Shown one piece after another: positions 38,244 to 50,604 of a DNA stretch of 64,000 nucleotides. Positions within the stretch are counted from its first letter, which is position 1, and each line of letters starts with the position of its first letter. Below the pieces are notes generated by a model. The model was not told the origin of the DNA. It saw only the letters and a list, made by a program, of their open reading frames with translations, and did no database searches. The stretch lies in contig JBHGNT010000015.1 in assembly GCA_043228905.1 (NCBI GenBank), positions 7,626,001 to 7,690,000 on the forward strand, in the 5' to 3' direction. The stretch comes from Azolla caroliniana (lineage: Eukaryota; Plantae; Polypodiophyta). Position numbers and translations under genes: made by a program.

Positions 38244-39250
38244 TGTTACAGGCATGACCATATAAAATCCCGTGGTAAGAATTTAGCGTAGTATTCTATA
38301 CACGTGGATAAGTGTGAGGGTTAAATGAGAGTGTAAAGAAGGGGAGGATTACTTTTAATCCTCGGGATTGAGACAACCCATTAGGCCAAGTGTGAACTTG
38401 CATGGGGGCCTAGGTACCCTCATTTCATCATCTCTTGACTACGTCGAGACTCTGTTCTTGTGGTGGGTCAACTCTTGTAATGAGCGTGCTAGCACCAAGT
38501 ACGACTCGATGCCATGGTGGTGGTATGGGACGCCGATCGAGGCTCAAGTCCGTCTCAGTTCCTTCGCTCGGGGGTAGTCGGGTGGATCGGCACCCTTTTT
38601 TCTCTCTCTCCTTTCTTATTTCATATATCTTTAATCCTTAACATATGCTTACGTTACACCATCGCTCTAACAATTGGTATCAGCGCTTATGTTTCTAATG
38701 TTTCTTTTGTTACCCCATTTTTCGTTAGAGGGTATACCGTTAGATTTAGGGTTCGTTATTCTTCTTCTTCTTCTTCTCCCCCTTCGTGTTCACTTAGGGT
38801 TGACTTCAGCTCGTCTCCTGCGCAAGACCCCGCTTGGCGCGACAACCCCGTGAGCTCCCGACCTGCGGCTTGGCAGCCAACGACTACTGTAACCTACCTT
38901 GGTCTGGCTCGAAGCCGGGAGTGTATTCCTCCTTTTATATATATACATTTGCGTCTGTCTGTGTATATTGGTGTCTCTGTTGGTGTCGGGTACTTCCCCT
39001 TTTCCTACGTTTCCTGTACATAAGGGCGTGAGTCGGGTCGGCCTGTGTGTGCGTGTGTGTGTGTGTGTGCGTGAGTCGGCGTCAAGTGCACGCTCCCTCT
39101 CTTTCTCCCTCTCCCTTCGGTTGCTTCCGTTGTGCTTCTAGGATGCCCCGGAAATGGTGAAGCACGACTTCCTACGCTCCGTCACTCCCTAGTCCAAGAC
39201 CCCCGTGGTCCCGCCTTTCTCCATGCACGTGCGTAACAACGCGACATCTT

Positions 39251-39268
39251 TGGTGAACCCGACGTGAA
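39251..39268 (+). promoter_or_regulatory. Primer binding site complementary to tRNA-Trp
   Basis: TGGTGAACCCGACGTGAA is the reverse complement of the plant tRNA-Trp 3' end (TTCACGTCGGGTTCA-CCA) as recalled. Confidence 0.85.
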
Positions 39269-39283
39269 AGACGGCAAGGGAGG

Positions 39284-40615
39284 ATGGAGTCGGAAGACGA
39301 CGACCTCGCGGAGATGGTGGCCGAAGTGGTGTTGGAGTCGGCACGAGTGGTGATGAGGCGAGAAGCAGCGCAACAAGCAGTTGAGCAAGTGGTCGAAAGA
39401 GTCGGCCGTTTCAACGGGGACAAAGTCCCATCTTACTTGGAAGCCTACAATGCGGAAATGGAGGAGCGCGGTGTAGACAAGGCGTTGAGGCTGGAGTTCT
39501 TCTGTCAGGTCGTAGTTGTCCGGATGCATGCAGAAGTAAAGGAGCTCCATGAGGCTCATAGTTCGTGGGAGGCCTTCGAAGAGGCGCTCCTGAAGGCATT
39601 CGGGGGACGGCGGAAGAGCCGGGGACAACACGACCTCGACCAGTGGGTAGCATCGGCAAAGACCCACCGGGGCGCGACCAAGGCGTTCCGAGAGTTCGAG
39701 CGACGGCTTGCTCGGCTCCCGAAGCGGGAACAAGGTTTGGTGGGGGCGGACAAGGTCCTATTGTTCGTCAGGTCGATCGACCGAGCGGAACGGGAGGTCA
39801 TCGGGATTGAGCTCGAAGAAGATGACGGGGCGAATGGGCTTACGGAGGACTGGTCGAAGGTCGGAAGGGTGTGCCAACGGCTAGACGACGGCGTGCCATC
39901 ACAACGGGAAGAGGCCGAACGGCAAAGGGAGTTGGCAAGGGTTGGCGTTGAGGCCCGGATTGCGGAGGCGTACGCGGCTCTCGAGGCGATGCTCGAGGAA
40001 GAGGAAAGACCGAGGCTGCAAGCCGAGACTGAGGAGACGGATTTGCCCCACGCGACGACAGAAGATGGGTACGTCGGTACCACAGGAGAGGGTGCGGAAC
40101 AAAACGCCCTCTCGACTTGCGGAGACAGAACGGCCAAGGACGAGGCCGAGATACAGATCGCGGAACCGGATAGTTGGGACCAGCGGTTTCGGCAGTGTCA
40201 GCCCGAAACCCCGGAAATCGGGGAAGCAAGCCCAAGCGGGGCTTGCGTGATCGGTAAGGAGACGACCGCCGACCACGAAGAGTCGGTGGCTACGGACAAG
40301 GGCGTAAAACGGATGGGCGAATCTTTGCGTCTTCTCACACTTGCTCCCGAGACGACGACAGTCGGGCTCGAGTGCCCACATAAGTCCCAAGAGGGGGAAG
40401 GCGGCCACAAGAGACCAAGAATCACCGGCGAGACGATACGGGGAAGGAGCGGACGAAAGCCCACGGACCCGATTCCAGAGAACTCGGCATTCGGGCCCGT
40501 ATGCCCATGTAAGACCGAGGAGTTGGATGGTAGTACCGAGGAGTCCTGGCATGATGCCAACGAAGATGGATGGGAGATGGCCGGCGAAAGGGTCGACGAG
40601 GAGACCAAGGAATGA
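39284..40615 (+). CDS. Gag-like capsid protein (443 aa, open frame)
   Basis: Starts just after the PBS. VGRFNGDKVPSYLEAY, SWEAFEEALLKAF, FREFERR..KVLLFVRSI resemble a Ty3/Gypsy capsid; acidic disordered C-terminus. Confidence 0.7.
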   Translation: MESEDDDLAEMVAEVVLESARVVMRREAAQQAVEQVVERVGRFNGDKVPSYLEAYNAEMEERGVDKALRLEFFCQVVVVRMHAEVKELHEAHSSWEAFEEALLKAFGGRRKSRGQHDLDQWVASAKTHRGATKAFREFERRLARLPKREQGLVGADKVLLFVRSIDRAEREVIGIELEEDDGANGLTEDWSKVGRVCQRLDDGVPSQREEAERQRELARVGVEARIAEAYAALEAMLEEEERPRLQAETEETDLPHATTEDGYVGTTGEGAEQNALSTCGDRTAKDEAEIQIAEPDSWDQRFRQCQPETPEIGEASPSGACVIGKETTADHEESVATDKGVKRMGESLRLLTLAPETTTVGLECPHKSQEGEGGHKRPRITGETIRGRSGRKPTDPIPENSAFGPVCPCKTEELDGSTEESWHDANEDGWEMAGERVDEETKE

Positions 40616-40949
40616 CCCGACCGGGGACCGAACCACGCGACGCTCCGATACGGGTGGAGCGTGATCCGGTCGTGGATTGTTCGATCGGGGCCGGATTCGG
40701 CATAAAGGTGCCGATACGGGAGAGGGTGCGGGACGAGCCGCCCTCTTTTACATGGGGAGAAAGACCAACCAGGCAAAGGTCGAGAGTTGGAAGGAGGGTG
40801 ATCAAAGGTTCGGAAAGAGTCTGGCAAGATCGGCATCGGAGCCGAAACTCTGGACATTGGAAAATCAAGCTCAGGCGGGCTTGCTTGATCACAGAGTGGA
40901 TGCTATCCACCGACACCACTAAAAGGGGCGGTGGCCCGGACAAGTCGCC

Positions 40950-42750
40950 GAAAGACGTTGTAAAATCGGTTACCCCACGTCCTATCCGGAGACTTCGGCA
41001 GTTTGGCCGACGTGGCAACATAAGACCGAGGGAGAGAGATGGAAGATGGAGGCGGGATTGCAGCAAGGAGAGCGACGACAAGTTCGGGAGAAGTACAGGA
41101 GAATGGAAGTCGGTCCTATGGAGTTCCTTACACCGATCCAGTTGTCGGCTCGAGTGCCGGCGTGAGTCCTATAGGAGAGGTTGGTGGCGACAGGAGATCA
41201 GGACCCTGCAATCCGGAGAAGGACGAACGGACCCGAACGAGAACCGGGTGGAACGGACTTCTGGAAAACCGTTCCGGGAGGAAGGGAGAGAGCAGGCCTA
41301 CAAAGAGGCCAGGAACACGGCACGTCAGTACCACAGGAGAGGGTGTGGAGCGAGCCACCCTCTCGACTTACGAAAGAAGGAATACCCGGGATAAGGGTCA
41401 GAGATATGGCAAGCCCGAGGAGGATCCTTCACACCGGTTCTACAGAAACCGGCGGTCGGCCTAAAGTGACGAATGGTGGCGGCGAGGGGACGAAGGCAAA
41501 GGGCTACGGATAGGCGGTCTATGGAGATCCTCACACCGATCCGGCGGTCGGTCCGAGAGCCGGCGTGAGTCCTATAGGAAAGGACGGTGGCGGCAGGTGA
41601 ACGTGACCAACAGGAGAGGATGGCGGAGGTAGAGCGGTGCAGCTGTGACCTTACACACACCGATTCTAGAGACTCCAGCAGCCAACGACAAGAGGAGGCG
41701 TGAGACCTAGAGTAAGGAACGGTGGCGGCGGCGGGCAACCGAAGCCAGAAGGGGAAGTCCCACGAAGATACTCACATTGATCCGGCGGTCGGCCCGAGAG
41801 CTGGCGTGAGTCCTATAGGGGAGATCGGTGGTGGCAAGACAACGTGATCGGACGATAGGAGGTGGAAGACGGCAAGGAGGTATGAGGCCGGCAAGGCGGC
41901 TACAGACCATGTCAAACCTTCCGGCGAGTTGAGTGGGCGTAAGGAAGTCCGGACCTATGGGATCCCCACACCTAACCAGAGACTCCGGCAGTTTGGCCAA
42001 CATGGCAACATGAGACCGAGAGAGAAGGTTGGTGGCGGCGGGAAACGGGACCCGACTACGCGGAAGACAGGAGGAGAGTCCGGGAGGGACTCAAACAAAA
42101 GACACCTGGATTTCGGCAAGCGACGAAACGAAGACTGGTCCTATGGGATCTTCACACCGGTTTCAGATACTTCGGTTGTTCGGCCAACGTGGCAACATAA
42201 GACCGAGGGAGAAGGAAGGTGGCGGCAAGGGATGGGACCTGGCATCGACAAAGGAGCTGGTAAGACGGGCGGACGAAGTGCAAAACCCTCACCGGCCGGT
42301 TACGGTTTCGGAAGGAGCCAGTAGGGGCAAACACGGGGAGGTGTGTCAGGCCGGAAAGGCACACCTGGGACGGAACAAGAGTCTCACAAGTGGCCATCGC
42401 GGGCTGGATCGAAGCGTGACTACGGGACGGTGTTCGGCACGGGCGGAGCCAAACAAAGGAAGCGGAAGATGGCACAAGGGAGGTGCCGGGAACGAGGTGA
42501 CAAGTGCATAGTGGACTACACAGGGTCGGAGTCAAGGGATGACAAGGGAGTCCGGAGGAGGATCCTCCACACTCGCTTCGTCGATCTCGGCAGTCAGAGT
42601 AGCGAAGATTGACACGGCAAGCCCGGGATGACAAGCTGGTGGGGCGAGGGGATGACGGCAAGCGGAAGACTCGGGACCTGTTGCAGCAGCCCAAAACGGG
42701 AAAGGCGAAGCGGGCCACTATGGGTATTCCTCAAGCGGAGGACATCGGGC
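40950..42750 (+). repeat. Array of degenerate GC-rich hairpin repeats
   Basis: CCTATGG..CTCACACCG-like motifs near 41115, 41420, 41518, 41760, 41953, 42140 and 42558. GGCGTGAGTCCTATAGG x3. TGGCAACAT(A/G)AGACCGAG x3. Confidence 0.8.
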
Positions 42751-43561
42751 ATACGGCGGAGAGCGGGGCGTTCATACGGCCGAACAAGGGCCAGCGGAAG
42801 TACGCATACTATGGAGATCGCGGTGAAGGACCCATCGACAGGTCGAACAAGCCTACGGGGAGGTAAGCGCGAAGGAAGAACTGAAGCCGACGGATCAAAC
42901 CGGCAGCGAGCCGAGATGCGGATTACGGAAGACCGGTTTCTCACCGGCTGAAATCTCTCACCCTTCACCGGATTTGGCACGTACCGGTGGACGTGCGGTT
43001 TGGTGGGGGCGGATGTCGTGAAGAATTTCGGCCAGAGGCGGAAACCGGGAAACATTGGCTACATCGGTGGGGTGCAGCATGTGTGCTCACCCTTGTACAT
43101 TTAGTGTGAATAACGAGGGCGCCTTTATGGGACAGACGATCCCATGTAAGTCGGGATTTATCCCACATTGTAACACATCCCTCTCCTTGTTCTATAAAAG
43201 GAAGCGAGCGCCCTTTGTGAAAGGGTTGCCCATTTTTCGTTAGAGGGTATACCGTTAGATTTAGGGTTAGTTATTCTTCTTCTTCTTCTTCTTCTCCCCC
43301 TTCGGGTTCGCTTAAGGTTGGCTTCAGCTCGTCTCCTGCGCAAGACCCCGCTCGGCGCGACAACCCCGTGAGCTCCCGACTTGCGGCTTCGCAGCCGACG
43401 ACTACTGTAACCTACCCTGCTCCGGCTCGAAGTCGGGAGTGTATTCCTCCTTTTATATATATACATTTGCGTCTGTTTGTGTATATTGGTGTCTCTGTTG
43501 GTGTCGGGTACTTCCCCTTTTCCTGCGTTTCCTATACATAAGGGCGTGAGTCGGGTCGGCC

Positions 43562-43593
<32 letters not shown>

Positions 43594-46500
43594 AGTCGGC
43601 GTCAAGCGCGCACTCCCTCTCTTTCTCTGTCTCCCTTCGGTTGCTTCCAGTGTGCTTCTGGGATGCCCCGAAAACGGTGAAGCACGACTTCCTACGCTCC
43701 GTCACTCCCTAGTCCAAGACCCCCGTGGTCCTGCCTTTCTCCACGCACGCGCGTAACAACGCGACAACGTAACGAAACGATCATAGCCACAATGATAGTG
43801 AGAACGTAGGGCTTGACCCACTTCATGTGAGGTTGCTCCTATGAAACACATATCCAACATCCCTCCCTCATTACATGGATATGATGCCACCATGAGATCA
43901 TTCTTACGAAAGGTATTCGTAATGACGTCACCATGTGCTAGGCCATGTGGGCCTACTACAAAAGGAGGGCTCATTTCGCTTGACAATTAGGTTGCACTTT
44001 GGCGTATGCCATCGTAATTATGGGACTTGAGGTCGGTAACGTACCAACATAGTGTGTGGTAAATGAGAGGGAAATAAGGACTCTTCACATATATGTTTCT
44101 TTTAAAAAAACAGATATAGGCAAATGCCTCGCATATCTCTTATACGCATAAAACATTAAACTTTCAACATGAGCAACCTATTTGGTTAGCTCAAGTGTTT
44201 AATGCATTTGTTCTCGAGGTCTCGAGTTCAAATATGACCAAGATCATAAAACATTGTTGATACATATGACTATAATACATGTTTAGACTTTAGGTCTAGG
44301 TGCACTTCGGGGTCCTCATAATAGGACTTGAAGAGCCGAAACCACATAAGTCGGCACAAAAACATAGTTTATTATTAACATTTTTTTTGTGTATAAACTA
44401 TTCATGACGCGAACGTACATGGTTGAGCCTCGGGGAGCCGCCATGAAAAAATAGATATAGAGACCAGGGAAAGAAATTCATTTGTCACACCCATGGTTTT
44501 TAAAACACCTTTGTGTTACCATAGTAACCTGATCTTCAACCTCATCTCATACGTCTAGAGGGGTATTGATGTGAGATCATGATATCGATTAATGTTTGCC
44601 CACATTATATGTTTACATCATGACATGATGTTATGACTATTTGTCAGACCTTATCCTATTTCTTTCCCAGAAATAATCATTCAATGGCTCAGAATAACGA
44701 CCTGATGTCATCCGCTCAAGCAGAAGGAACTCAAGGAAATCCTCTTAGACCAATCTCCAGTCAGTCGTATTTCTTACAAATAAAATTTTTCCTTAGTTCA
44801 ACCGCTCATCAGATTTCTGAACTTCCGCAATCTCAAAGTTCTCTCGAGGCACATGTCATTAGTTTTCAACATGAAACTAATAAACCCGATGAGCGTTAGG
44901 GTGAACCTTCATTTGTCGTAAAGCACCTGGTTGGGCCGATGGGAGTCTAATTTTGAGCTATATCCCACGCCAAATAGTACGAAGATTGCATATGTCGGCC
45001 GAGAACTAGGGGGTAAGGCCGCTGTCTAGTTGCATGGGCTCTGCACATTGGGGAAATTGCCCGATACGTGGACAGATTTTGTCATAGTTTTGAAGGGCCA
45101 ATTTTTGCAACCTCCATCTCCAACCGAGGCAACACAAGCATTAATGAACCTCTCTAGCCGGAAATTTTCTTCGCTAGAAGACTATGTCCACCATGCTAGA
45201 ACCCAATTCCAAAAATCAGGTCTAGAAGGGGACAATTGGTTAATAGCTTGTTTTGTCAATGGCATCTCCAATTCTAACCATCACTCGATAGTGCACGATA
45301 AGGATCCAAAATCCTTCAAAGAGGCCGTTGCAATATTTCTTCGCTATCAATGCACTTCGAAGAAGGACCATAACAAACCCAACAAAGCGGTCGGGACTAA
45401 GCAGTTGCAATTAGCTGGGAAAACGGGATCGCGATTGTAAGCGACAACATCCTATTTGCAAATTCTCCAAAAAGAAGGGTCATACAAAAGAGCAATGTCA
45501 AAAGCTCCAACAGAAAGAGCACGACAACAAAACAAAAGTTCCAGACCATAAAGGCCAGATTCCTAATGTCCTTCATGTCTATACACATCATTTAAGTAAT
45601 TGTCAATGTTCTTTCCCTCACTATGTATTGGGACCCAATGATTTACTATGTCTAACCCATCATAAGTGATCACACATATAAGGTGCACTTGGCTGATGGA
45701 AGAGTACAATACATCAACGAGGCGATTCATTCATTAGGAATTTCTATTGATACTTATATAGAGGAAGTAGACTTCCATGTAATGAATCTTTGTACCACTG
45801 ATGTAATATTGGGTTATCCCTGGTTTTTTAATTAAAACTCTTCTTTATCTATTGATTGGGTTCATCATTCAATTACTTTTGTACTAAACGATTGTAATCA
45901 TTTTATTCAATGTGCTGAAAAACAATCTCTTTCGATTGTTTTCTCACCCTCAATATTCGAGTTGTCTTGCTCTACTTTATTTTATTGTGTACTTGATCCG
46001 GACATTCAGGTTTACAATATCGATAATGTCTCAGTTCAATTATCATATTTTGAACAACAACAACTTGATGAAATCTTAAATGATTCTTATGATGTTTTTT
46101 CCGAGTGAACTACCACATGGGTTTCCTCCTAAAAGTAATACAGACCATCATATAGATATTGTACCTGGCACTGCACCAATAAGTATACCTCCTTATCGCT
46201 TAAGTCGATCCGAAGAGGATAAGGTATCTAAGCAACTCACTGACTATTTACGAATGGGTTATATACGTTATAGTAAATCTCGATGGGGTGCACCTGTTCT
46301 CTTGGTAAAAAAGAAAGAGGGCACATGGCGTATGTGTATTAATTACTAACGCTTGAATAAAGTGACGATCAAGAATTCATATCCATTGCCCAGGGTTGAC
46401 GATCTAATTGATTGTCTCCAAGGATCTTGGTATTTTACGAAACTTGATCTCTATAGGGGCTACCATCAAATTCGTATAAGTGAGGATGATGTTCCTAAAA

Positions 46501-46685
46501 CGGCATTTCGTACGCGCTATGGCCATGACGAGTTTTTGGTCATGCCTTTCGGTTTGACCAATGCTCCGGACACATTTCAACAAGAAATGAATGACATTTT
46601 CCGAGAACAACTTGGAAAATTTGTCGTTATTTTCTTCGATGATATTCTAGTTTATAGTCGTACATTAGAAGAACATGCTAAACAT

Positions 46686-49600
46686 TGTTGGCCGGTTAGG
46701 CCAAAGTATGAAAGGGGAGCCGGTTTTGTGATAAAGGGAGTTGTAATTAGAATTAATTATTATAATTATACGATCAGACGGACGGACCTAGAATCGGTAT
46801 GCCGATCTCGATCCAGAGCGGTTCGTAGCCAGTTGCCGGTTGGCACTGATTTGTAACACAATCGGATACCTATAAAAGGGTCCAGATATGATGTAACCGA
46901 AGACGGATAATTAATAGAGAAGTGCTGCTATTTTCATATCTTGTCTATCTCGTTATTTCCGTTCTATGCTTAATGATGTTGATTCTACGCGTGTAACTAA
47001 TCGATCCAGATAAGGATCGAGGAGGGTCGATTCTGTGTTACGGTCTTCCCAGTCCTTACTGTACCACCCATTTGGTGAAGTGTTCCAGGAGGACATCCTG
47101 TGTTAGTGGCTTGTCCAACCCCGCATTAACACAGTTTTGGCGACCACGATTCCTGCTGAAAGGAGTGAACATCGGGGGAATGGATGACTAGGGCAACGAA
47201 CAACGTAGTCGCCGAACGAGCAAAAAGACTGGCCGAGAGACTGCGGAAGTGGGAGGCTTACCAGCAGGCGGCAGAGGAGATACGGTCGGATCATGTCTTT
47301 TTCCAGAGTTATTTGGCGGGTCGCAGAGGAGTCACTCCGATTGCAACAGAACCACCACTTGGAGGAAGGAAGTAGTCTGAGTAGTCTACAGGAAGTGGAG
47401 TCCATTCTACAGAGACTTGCCACAAGGGACGACGGTTCGGAAGTGTTCTCCGCAATCGAATTATATTCGAACGGCGAACACAGTGTCCAATCGAATTATC
47501 GTAGTAGCCACGATACCCTAGCCGACCCAAAAGAGGACGAGTCGGACCACATACCGACGTCGGAGTTGGAAACAACAAAACCGGAGGCTCTGGACAAAAT
47601 GACCGACGTGGACCACCAAGAGGAAGAGTAAGTTCCGACACCACAACCCGAATCAACAAAGGAACAGGAAAAGTGAGATCCGACACCACAGCCCAAGTCA
47701 CCGACGGAATAGGAGGAGCGAGTTCCGGCACTGCCCCCGGCAGCACAAGAAGATGACGACATAATGCATTACCAATATCTGAAGTATCGGGATGAACCAG
47801 ACGCGGAATCCCACATACATGCGTTTTGCCAAACATGGGAGGCGAACCATGTCTCCCAACAGCTGACCGAAATAGAGGCCAAACGATCAAAAATAGCAGA
47901 ATTCGGCATGACTTTGAAGGAGCCAGCAGCACGATGTCACTCTAAGCACCTCACCGGTAGTATCGCCATGTTTGAAGAGTTAAAGATAAGATTTCTACGA
48001 TTCTTCCACAAACAGGTGGATCAAAAAGAAATTGTTGGGCAATTCTATGTGACATGACAGGACCCTTCAGAAACCATTTAGTAATTCGTTATCTGGTTCC
48101 AGATGATGCATAGTCAACTCACTAGAGCACTGCCAGAAGAAGAAGCGAAAGTAGTATTTTTGGCAGCGCGCCGGGAACCCCTCCGAACCGTTTGTCTGAT
48201 CATAGATTTTCGGACCAGCACAATAGACCAGGTCATTGACCGGGTCATGGAGATGGACAAAAATAGTTCGTGGTTGACGATGGGAGCACTCCAAAGCACA
48301 CTCCCTACCAAAGAGGACCTACGCTTTCGCTAGGCGGCCCAATGCACGACGTGCCTTAATCCTGCGTAGTCAACAGTAGAGTGCACGATCAAATCGTAGT
48401 GCGTGTTATGCCAGTCCCGGTCACTCACAATGGACCGCTGTGAATACAACCTGCTAAATCGGCAACCTGCACCAGTCCAGTACATCGAAACCTAGAACGA
48501 CCAAGAGGATGCAGAAGAAAGATTTTGGCGAGACAATCGCTACAGACCGACACAAGATGTCCGATACAGCGATAGACGGGACGATTATAACCGGGACCGG
48601 AACGATCGAAGTCACGACTAGAATGGTGATCGTTATGATCGAGATTACTCCCCCACCTACAATAGGAGGATAGAGGATCAATGGGGAGACTATGATAATC
48701 GGCGCCGGCAAGGATATCGGAACAACTGACGCTATAATAAAAAACAGAACGCTCGAAAAGAGGAGCATCAAGAACCGGCGAAGGATTACCAACGGGAGCG
48801 GGATAGAAGCATAACTAGTGCTCAATCGGAACAATGAAGGATAAAGGAGCCCAACCGGGCAGTATCCAATTTTCAGCTGGGTAACGCGCCAAAAGCAGAG
48901 TCTAGAAATACGCTGAAGGTGTATTGCTACTATTGTTGGCAGGACGGCACTACACCAATCAGTGTCTAGTGAAGACTAACGAAAAAAGTCTGGCAATCAA
49001 CATAGTGGTCGTAGAGGTGGTCGACATCCAGCAAATCACTACCAGGTTGAAAGGAAAGATGGCCGAATGGGAGGCTCAGGAAGCGATACAAAAACAAGCC
49101 ATAGAATGGATCGAAAAAGTGAACAGGATGGTCGCCAGTGAGGACAAATGGCTGATGAACATGCATCAGCACTGGACTGCCTCCAGAAGAGTAAAGTCGA
49201 GACAAGCGGAAACAATTGGCGTTACAAAGCCGACACTTTTGTTTATTGCAGGATACGTTGTACCACAATGGAACAGATGGTATATGGAGAAGAGCGATCT
49301 AGAGTGACGAAAAGGACACAATTTTACGGGAAGCTCACTGTGGAGTCGTTGGAGGACACTATGATGGGGACGCAATAGCAAGGAAAATATGGCAAAGAGG
49401 ATTATGGTGGCCTACAACACTAAAGGACTCTATGCGGTATGCAAAAAGTAATGTGCACGAACCAGAACTCCCCGACCTAAGAGAGGAGTTAGCAGCTCAA
49501 AAGGCCTTACGAGCCAGATATAGGGAGCAAAAGAAGACACCGGAGGAGGAGAAGCGAAAAATAGAAGAAAATCTCCAAAAGACTCAGGCAGCTAACAACC

Positions 49601-50604
49601 GGTTAAAAGAGGAAAAAGACAAATTGTTGCAAGAGAAAGACAAGTTATGCCGGATGGCAGAAGGACAGATTGAACGACTGAAAGAAGAGCTCCGACAACA
49701 GAAAGACAGAGAAGACCAAGCAAGAGGTCAAATTAACCGGAGGTTAAATCAAAAGACCGAGGACTTTGAAAGACTACATCGGGATCACAAGCACTTGGAA
49801 GCAGAGGACAAGGAAGTTGATGGCGGAATGTGACGGGCAACAAGAGAAGATAAGAGAACTCCGGAATGAAGTAACCAAGAAAACGGAGGCGCTGATTGAA
49901 GAACGAACGAAGGCGGTTGAGTCTGCAAAGCTAGTAGAGGAAGCGGGAAGAGAAAGGACGGTGCTCACCGGACAGCACTATGACGAGATGGAACGAGCAA
50001 AATTGGCTTTGGATAGTGTTCAAACAACGTATCAAACCCAATTGCTGGAATATGGGGTGCAAGCACAGGCAACCGCAGGCCTGATAAAGCAGTTAAAAGA
50101 GGAAAAGCAGGATGCGGAGGACAAATCCAAGATGGGACTCAGCCGGATCCGCACCATTGTGCTAGCATGGAAAGAAAGGACAAACAGTATGATTAAGGAA
50201 AGCTCAGTGCAAGGGTGGTCGAAATGGGCACAACAGGCGGCGGAGTTACAAACTCTGCGAGCGGATGCTGAGAATCGGTGAAAGGACGGTGACAACTTCT
50301 ACAAGATGGATGCGAAGAGCATTGTAACCATCCAGGAGGATTTGTCAGACAATTTCTTGTCCCTAGCAGGAGAACAATTGGCAGCGGTGAGCCGGCTGGT
50401 AGAACAGTTGGCATAGACGGTACGAGCGGGATCGTAGACGGCAGGTGGCATCACAAATGACAGCGGCAATCAACATAAGTGATAGAGAGCAATCTCCAGA
50501 GCAGCCACTGAATGTTGCTGGAACCGGAGGAGGCCAGCCAGACGAAGCCCGAGTGGAGCAGTCGGAAGTAGTCAGACCAGAAGAGCCAGCAGAAGCAGAA
50601 TGGG
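46686..50604 (+). mobile_element. Internally deleted relative of the 11787-21585 Gypsy element
   Basis: LTR 46686-47131, PBS TGGCGACCACG at 47138, decayed gag, short INT zinc-finger piece 49130-49450, coiled-coil ORF remnant 49450-50600. No 3' LTR. Confidence 0.9.

Larger units (their letters stand above)
38714..43766 (+). mobile_element. Non-autonomous gag-only LTR element primed by tRNA-Trp
   Basis: 3' LTR 43014-43766 (TGTCG...CGACA), 5' LTR 38714-39246 lacking its first ~215 bp, PBS at 39251, G-rich PPT at 43002-43013. One gag-like ORF and no recognisable pol motifs. Confidence 0.88.
38244..46685 (+). mobile_element. Met-primed chromovirus-type Gypsy copy 1 (LTR, PBS, long leader, decayed gag and RT), interrupted
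   Basis: LTR 38244-38672, PBS TGGTATCAGCGC at 38675. Leader 43767-44680 matches 51940-52850. gag from ~44683; [39 protein letters not shown]. Confidence 0.88.

Noticed and set aside
38743-38751. Telomeric repeat TTTAGGG in the LTRs
   Set aside because: Single telo-box-like copies (also at 43260), not an array.
40570-43055. Many overlapping Arg/Gly-rich ORFs on both strands as real genes
   Set aside because: Expected in GC-rich repetitive DNA; no recognisable domains or consistent frame.
38714-43766. Hammerhead retrozyme
   Set aside because: No CTGANGA...GAAA core with flanking stems was seen in the LTRs or repeats by eye.
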